From an uncultured virus (IMG/VR IMGVR_UViG_3300038464_000026) (Duplodnaviria > Heunggongvirae > Uroviricota > Caudoviricetes > Crassvirales): a stretch of 64,000 nt of DNA. The translations under genes and the position numbers were made by a program. The stretch is from IMG/VR virus record IMGVR_UViG_3300038464_000026; one strand, written 5' to 3'. Positions 62,401 to 64,000 of the stretch are shown here, in pieces (the stretch's first letter is position 1; every line of letters starts with the position of its first letter). The notes below the pieces were generated by a model. That model was not told where the DNA came from. It ran no database searches and saw only the letters and a program-made list of their open reading frames with translations.

Positions 62401-64000
62401 CAACTTCTTTACCAGTTAAATTATTATATCCTTTAACTACTTCCCTAACTAAATCTATTTGTTCTTTTTTTACTCCACTATTTTTAAGTGCATTAAAGAA
62501 TGCTTCACCTTTATTCTTAGATATATCATATTTAGGGAAACCTTCTTTATACATGGCATTAACTGCCTTAAACATATATTTAACATTATCATTACCTAAT
62601 TCAAACTTTTGATATTTATATTTATTATTAAGTTCTTTTAGTTTATTCTCAGCATCATTAGAGTTATCAAAAGATAATTGATTATTATTATCAAATCCTT
62701 CTTCATATTTAATAGCAAGAGATTCATCAAGTAAAGTAGGAGTAACCTTTTGAAATAAAATATTATCATCACCAATACCTTTATATTCAGTACCTTTTAT
62801 TCTATCTACTCTTTCAGCATAAACTTTATCTGATTCACCAGAACGTCTAGTAGATGTATTATAAGGTATCTCTTCTTTATATTCTCCAGTTTCTATTAAT
62901 TTATCATAAGCAGCTAAAGTATGATGACCTATAACAGTAGTATAAGTTTCATTATTATTTTTTATAAGTTTACCACTTTCGTCTACTTCAAGTTGTATAG
63001 GAGGTCTTTCACCATTTCTAATTTGAGCTATTTTTTTTTGTACAGATTCATTATCAACTACACCTTTGAGTTTATCTTCATCATTAATATCAGAATGAGC
63101 AAAAGATTTCCATTGATATTTATCAGGTTCTGTAATAATATTAGCTCTGGGCATAGTTTCCACTCTAGTAGGAGTAACTATAGGTTCAACTTCTTTAAAT
63201 TCATCTAATTCAGATTCTAATACAGCTATAGCAGCATTTAAATTATTTATTATATATTCATTTTTATCTTTTACTATAGGTTTAGATTTAGAAGTTCTAG
63301 GAGCATTAGTAATAGTTCTTTCAGAGGTTAAATCCATATGAGTATCATAATCTCCAGCAGGTATTATTTCATTAGGGGCAACTTCTCTATACCCCTCAGG
63401 TATTTTCTTTTTAAGTAAATTAATTAAAGTATCATTTAATAAATCTAGGTTACTAGTAACTTCTTCTTTACTATTATAATCTTTGTTTACTAATTTATCT
63501 AAATAATTAGTAAGAAGACCATACCTATCAGCTTCAATAGATTTATCTATTACATTAGATAACTCAGTATTAACTATAGATTTATTATTTGCAATCTTAT
63601 CTTCACTAGTAGGTAAATCTTGAGATTTAGAAGATTCCCCCTTTGGAGGAAATAATGATAGAGATTTCTCTTTTTCTATATTATCACCTTCTTTTTCTAT
63701 ATCACTTGATGAAGTTATTGTAGCAGGTTGAGTTCCTCTTATAACATTATTACCTAAATATTCATTATCATTACTAACAAGTTTACCATTATAACATTGT
63801 ATTCTACCTGATTTTATTAATTCATTACCTTCTTTGTTTAATTCAGTTTCATCTGTATCCTTACCATTTTCATCTTTTACTTTAGTAGTTTCTTTTGAAA
63901 CAGGCATGTACTTACCTTCTTTATCAGAATACTCATATCTATTCTTATTTATATTTCTTTGTTTATTTTCTAATAAAGGTTTTAATATTTTTTCTAATTC
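47474..64000 (-). CDS. Giant polyvalent virion RNA polymerase / cargo protein (5' partial; frame open to window edge)
   Basis: Frame is open from 63907 to 64000 (ELEKILKPLL...KEGKYMP), so >5508 aa. Two-barrel RNAP motifs TTESDGQ (~57720), GYRTP (~56685), MGSDNDSDKLY (~56560); HEYLH (~60730) and HEYGH (~52245) zincin motifs; PD-(D/E)XK SLDLL...IYDFKT (~51400); NADAR-, FVFGSN- and DUF4326-like modules; hydrophobic helix near C-terminus. Confidence 0.85.
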   Translation of the reverse strand, partial: ELEKILKPLLENKQRNINKNRYEYSDKEGKYMPVSKETTKVKDENGKDTDETELNKEGNELIKSGRIQCYNGKLVSNDNEYLGNNVIRGTQPATITSSSDIEKEGDNIEKEKSLSLFPPKGESSKSQDLPTSEDKIANNKSIVNTELSNVIDKSIEADRYGLLTNYLDKLVNKDYNSKEEVTSNLDLLNDTLINLLKKKIPEGYREVAPNEIIPAGDYDTHMDLTSERTITNAPRTSKSKPIVKDKNEYIINNLNAAIAVLESELDEFKEVEPIVTPTRVETMPRANIITEPDKYQWKSFAHSDINDEDKLKGVVDNESVQKKIAQIRNGERPPIQLEVDESGKLIKNNNETYTTVIGHHTLAAYDKLIETGEYKEEIPYNTSTRRSGESDKVYAERVDRIKGTEYKGIGDDNILFQKVTPTLLDESLAIKYEEGFDNNNQLSFDNSNDAENKLKELNNKYKYQKFELGNDNVKYMFKAVNAMYKEGFPKYDISKNKGEAFFNALKNSGVKKEQIDLVREVVKGYNNLTGKEVAELLDKDFKKDIVIKRGLSDDKTIPQSISNFNIDGDRYYIQDLTFDEATNNIDEAALAYITRGRTDEEIDELYRVKYYKNGQEINKEDYENIYNSLPDNIVTSSKVYQYLSAKGGTNYQEWDIRVPGVEPSIKSHANFANKNSIGWFRADEKSNGFIKDDGNKIETGTHEYYSKNGKYYIREKGSDFIEKEVSSDVYNHAVEIARDYYKTETKDLRVQEVQSDLFQKSRGRDSLVYIKRPKGKNDSHWSYEVDILDYQHEVDIHDHPYIDESEEEYQTRLDNWEQGKPNNANRFLQLLNKDNNWVTFFIKSIMQKAANKGYENIMFPMGETAARIQRHQIIADEIIALDIILDKWKSAKIEKIDKGIDDDFPTSLQATYRVITKNGEILSEYNDIESAQKKIDYRIENLEKQKSDLKTQGIEKLAPIEAYYGKTIKNILTKLYGDRLTEFTDEYGNSWNKISLKNIDKESILFSKVNNSIEHKGLKEGVTVDYKGNPILPAYKDAPEAIKGILNMLGEKMGYKFNLLDVADKFKGRFGKEVDINTRYASYDTPFHEYLHPLVRALKTKNTPAYLNLINEINDTLINNSGLLSNILSDKDYSTDGKSLTDAGYEEAIVEVSGRKAVDILQDRNVKQSLKEAILAFWNEIKETIKSIVPNRVGLDYFGPKTTISDLAKFMLDPNIELDRNEYDSVKPFVGYSQVKQEDKFATGFNGIEEKAAIELINHTIDQLTQGDTKKDKDKRSKYSLKDRVTNQFRNWSQPNNVNVGNIYPRTDAQQAFHAKVVDAITAHDIKDESTTKNSIWTKAQIALNRDYKINIDDDEKETNKRETEGKGFQEDNHIININNSVNIRVKNFLRNLPLTNMKGEYKINDITGLPKFTNYSDIFNTLSDGANGILRSSTVQDMFYKLNKLSSSNPTVKEIIKRLNGDNKDLVAAFFTSFSQSLRDELGIHFTKIFSNDGSYKIIAKVQHSYKDISHQLVDSWYEQLGQKMNTLEEKVRKDLESGLTTKGKYDPIKKSNIGEGLLHNLEGGLTTKDTAGTTKYNEDITSDKLDKVINIVSKQYKEFGIRITPDEISNFMNTQEAPVEAFYKIFVVPLRFIAGYLGSKLDKEGKVGKDRTIGDRVNKLAEAVYPFRMVSYQASYLDFKGKLKYPISPPSSLTNEFDKFNNSNPEIQKAVRAKLILYKHIPGISFCNWFSKDIEKTIKDFTKLRIYPVEGMKFGIDSKDNSEMTNSDRYLYDLYSYLIPIDNSHISRTPLVTQGDSGQRYGLAAPIIYTSERDYLNGKLKQNSPLYNGIMNTVRQELARMLQAKHQMFEQQEDGKYKLKDDLTGLVKNYHYIEDKKTKNPTYIDKDDNAIGRVFKFHNIPELNNLSKDLFSQGMIVDGIDFLIDDSKRDRKNESQNKTVKEITDIVDKFIDNIINTELPKYAPFEKMSEGIWTDSKNPIAGGVWKQVITEFGVNSYINNVETGNLFLGTDAEYATSEDKAKRAKELLAPRSNFSGLHMGDGYKNITLHDIMGKSNIIDDLEKALRKQGISDRKINEALQTYRDGTTESDGQELVSNDFYIKYLLEKGVNLNGYIEKSKDGVYKFIHMDEYDAPQLGVQKSYTYDRIYNPDLNQIFSTQLKSAIYRLDDYYANEGSLLAEIRKAIEDARIDKVSYNSAVKVGAHGVGSVINSKFTGEITDIPTSATGSQVEIPDHSWKAKIRVSKQIKAMIINHLILTETYNHNGNNISGTELFTRFNNAQYNIIKGESDKLKGELNDPNELAKILNSSSSKFGTNINIQLLFKTNENGELPMGLNWPSITNKVAQDLMALFDNRITNYKINGGQFTIVSNAGRGGKSVKSYYDEKKGIVHEIAISAWGDECYKSDENGKLIFVNGEPVLKLANELTEEQQSMFGYRTPFSDLHSGGVFKVVEILPKSSGGICIIPPHAMTAMGSDNDSDKLYIHIHNTDAKPGSQEADENELVSIWKTIYSHPSTLYAQVKPVLYKESMDAASKVRDIVDPTGIESYSTLNEQHRFTDKHSSGKELISHIAGEIPTIDALSFIGGELSEGVTQKYSLKDLEDRRGLKLEDLEKRGIITKDDKNPDIVYINHKKVSTAELGQLLDAMTDISKLEDIPVNYNKFTDSIVHSSVLLNGDYDYAWNLIAQNSIRDITKVHTDNSLLTSSEVDKKFAVAYIRNKYAKLLYQTQKEIDPTSFDPTLFKDYDVVKIDENIANKNYTYNIFNKSNIKLIGKYYDKDSPEYYTVPEMNTILKNGTKIDELSPEQKVIYYAQQLNLINRYEELTKVGKDLLSASQKLNSYKAGAGDNVSFNRDYIDNILKTNGNIIINGKPFEYAVFPNLFGFNKESVYPNLEHYVKYVNQAAIDILAKHFTIESNQVHFLINKIYNDLNIFNQSAKDRLYRKFINMLINHLLEEHDWFKPNREETIKNLGVGKIEINKPSKNISFDTFKDLSFGEKIEAQKIRLDLNPLSKHVLNYLDTKLSPYDIDKNEFHYVDFKNTHNEIDLDNDLINSFQAMNHRGSVNMSIDEEFENELFDSAVKYAKDTFGFAYGNNSFAKLVPIEALINAEVGDVLNNANKDIHNGTISLPKELTDIFIRGNINNIPEARAMFHNNELDWGTPRWDSNPNTPMIFYNIDKFTKHIDNSIKNSMYIKVRNDKTKSYTIFKRYHTNRDIKYMIFYPVETKGKWNVQEITNEPTMFDSNKVGATEQQFKDQINESYFTIEDYSRDERFLDKYLEKKMLRSIASGKLNRTEENIENPPLEENKDNIKLLNEKIKGDNISSNSKGFAASLTNPTVLAKSKGHLSEDYPIEYNGKKYKDVEAAYQANKTEYLKNKTTNKLMSDLIEIKLKTYPELVKGITERGGIEYLEKCTHIVKGDNFWESGEGKSNSFIKSLIDAYKKVSNIPKESTPDNITSLKPNEIFVFGSNAEGNHGKGAALIAKDKFGAIQGQAEGLQGQSYAIITKKDWKVSKSSSLDEIKEGINKMLTFAKNTPDKKFLVTKLGSNLAGYKVDEIKNIFSELKDNIPSNVVLPKEYEVRYIPSKVRDFSRLSDVKESNSNEVNVLRKYNTDEHYGNPFTGTDKGTGTIQMKNINDAVTAYKEWLKNPDATFTDKNGKEWTNVKPEQRKWILEQINSGKLDGKTLLYYKTEKYYSHADALRDYINEVRGLKEPKSKIEQTSLDFTEPKESPTIKLANRDIKVDDLKDFITHFDKDNDDELGDYYNSDIAQVIITAYDKNEDRWNKEHPNQKFPYNNEKEYVEDALKSYSDFEVFQNEIFKSELKLLDVPDINVKPSGEQFRFEQRANILPEDSADRFSKKMKYLNSIWAKHGVNVPFIEDRNISGHAEVEGKNGKFVVKYNPTDIRRDSAFHEYGHVLLHLLGGLDNEFIRTGVEQLRGTKLWNDISAIYADKDDDARQLEILNTAIGIDANELFEEKGKVGKFRFWVNRLFDRFADLLHKVTGGMFGKEQTVARELALDLLKGRLRSTRNGKLVDFFAEHKKNIDEIDDDSDKYKNAIERGTEEDGLYINTKTGKRYERVSKVLEEYQDKFDISLAKNEVGKPYAKELKLNTTEDVVKFWDYLRDGVGTGIHNKIHSYIKNGTKSDLPIQLTDWIDNLKKTGKLYSELRIVEDNHGKGSVDGMGGSLDLLHINKSGKHTIYDFKTKREGKFNWFNYEGDKSEFKGELNSFLKGIKQSTSNEYAVRLATYNYILNENLVNPVEAELKIIPITVDITRNDKGEFQYNNVQFGATVGLGDKEEFKTEIKLPNYVNNMHDFFLRGDNVKDAIKVKKDAIDRKAITTADVIKHTNSVKALSELHENIVKNTKRKSNLSNTLKEVTANTSELVFFLKHPESFDIASYEEVELMKSFGKTYEAIGKSIDDTLTNIGDMLENYRGFKLQNLSKAEYNDMFKTIYEAKTLANIYEAIDNIDDLPGEDTEALTDVQKEIVSLIKSINSKKEDIKILNRKVDLLENKTFADAFATNLTNPIFEGKDLDELVEFLNDFRHVDESSIQGWANSINNSNEPFLTYVGQRYRDMKLNTDTKIREVRTIIVNKFQDYLKSKGAFEKLLDKEHWKNFTKVISKDIFTRGDVRRHWKELTKFIDKDRMFIREHDYNKYNEAKEKEIGEIKDRFSKEYDKSYKEGDLSLSDMEDKEGWVSRMSKFEIAKWYEDNTKNVDYKIEKARTIYQSEHLTTEAFDKWKAENFIKGGKYYTVGGEFSTPSDRFKNPEFDKFDDKDKEMLKFMIDTVNEYSEGHQKKGLIPSYRTTRLKVKGKDGKDDDKIGRDINGDVAYNLNMEGLGFMNTVPRIYIPKYGEGINPKTKEYNIGESNEEYEIRALEEINNYGHSFKSLKEVELENRKIDKENKEHMSDGLENNLINILLDFTAGGIKYNAKADLEDELKLVGAMIRSKTFENSKKEDITGDASKANKHFENFMKMVFYEDFYSEAAKSKWVKYLQGLTTNLGLLFNYLGQAKYMILAPIRKFELTQSKEIGNRKDSYKAYWFYMKGLKSYFTDPINMSGKSTTIQQALIKKSGVMLTSIDKAVAYKTGIFAKLGKAIGWHMVNKAGFAVLHSTVHFNQVNVLFEMMYSHRIVEHKIIDKSGNKVTYKVEALIDYLEDRLPKEGTIIDPKEYKKLKEKYTKEFEQNPNLISSFELRNGEAELKKGVKLDDKALSAFFNKVRAINGTFHGIYNVEDKGAFEGTLGGMLSMIFHRWIKPGYDRRFGATGKAWDLNKKGYYDEALQTMNKGDRTAFFKGMMNVLTVPFSEESKNKFGGEERDVLGTINAIVKGYGDYVNHATLHWANTSLRDRASIIRSVTAFAGMAIIWSLSAELYRLMKDSKYKHNYALNTCLYLLNSLKDIEMAYVPIYGLLVDSNPMGASGFASVRTIKLIYTLGADALHCYRHDKKEYFQSGKHKHQRKFGVHLMNAIPISNNINRDISNYIDTYKLHPYFWEQDK
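54067..54096 (-). repeat. Dispersed GC-rich motif, copy 5 (inside giant ORF)
   Basis: Minus strand AGAATCCCCCTTTGGAGGAAAATAAGGATA; encodes ENPPLEENKD in a linker. Confidence 0.9.
63625..63660 (+). repeat. Dispersed GC-rich motif, copy 6 (inside giant ORF, antisense)
   Basis: ATTTAGAAGATTCCCCCTTTGGAGGAAATAATGATA, 34/36 identical to copy 4; encodes SLFPPKGESSK. Confidence 0.9.

Noticed and set aside
944..63208. Short antisense or nested ORFs in the track (e.g. 944, 2335, 6618, 7268, 11668, 18667, 20138, 20636, 23012, 24981, 27740, 32258, 33403, 35547, 36113, 36531, 36806, 38939, 45047, 47131, 48983, 49589, 53982, 60029, 62017, 62358, 62921)
   Set aside because: Shadows of longer genes on the opposite strand or another frame, with no recognisable motifs.
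21799..63660. The 36-bp dispersed motif as a CRISPR repeat
   Set aside because: Copies are kilobases apart, in both orientations, with no repeat-spacer array and no cas genes.
1..64000. Stop-codon reassignment (TAG/TGA), known in some crAss-like phages
   Set aside because: TerL, portal, MCP, PolB and the 16.5-kb RNAP ORF are intact in the standard code; TAG and TGA occur at plausible gene ends; no suppressor tRNA seen.

Overview
AT-rich (roughly a quarter GC by eye) segment of a crAss-like phage (Crassvirales) genome, most likely infecting Bacteroidota: TAnnTTTG promoters, AT-rich leaders without Shine-Dalgarno sites, standard genetic code. It has three blocks. (1) Minus strand, ~21.3 kb to 1: GroES-like and IHF-like genes, a PD-(D/E)XK nuclease, terminase, portal, putative scaffold, major capsid protein, ring and auxiliary capsid proteins, and a fibre-like gene running off the left edge. 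(2) Plus strand, ~22.1-47.3 kb: many small ORFs, SF1B helicase, family-4 UDG, family-B DNA polymerase, SF2 helicase, RecT-like protein, primase, Gp157, radical SAM enzyme, DUF932, DUF1599 and dUTPase. (3) Minus strand, 64 kb to 47.5 kb: a polyvalent virion RNA polymerase of >5500 aa that starts beyond the right edge. Two non-coding signals are not explained by the gene list. First, a GC-rich 17-36 bp motif (core TCCCCCTTTGGAGGAAA) is dispersed in six copies, in both orientations, three of them inside genes. Second, four host-type promoters share an exact architecture: TGTTnATAA-N3-TGTTwrTAr-N38/39-TAnnTTTG, i.e. tandem DnaA-box-like sites at a fixed distance. All product calls come from motif recognition by eye; no database searches were run.
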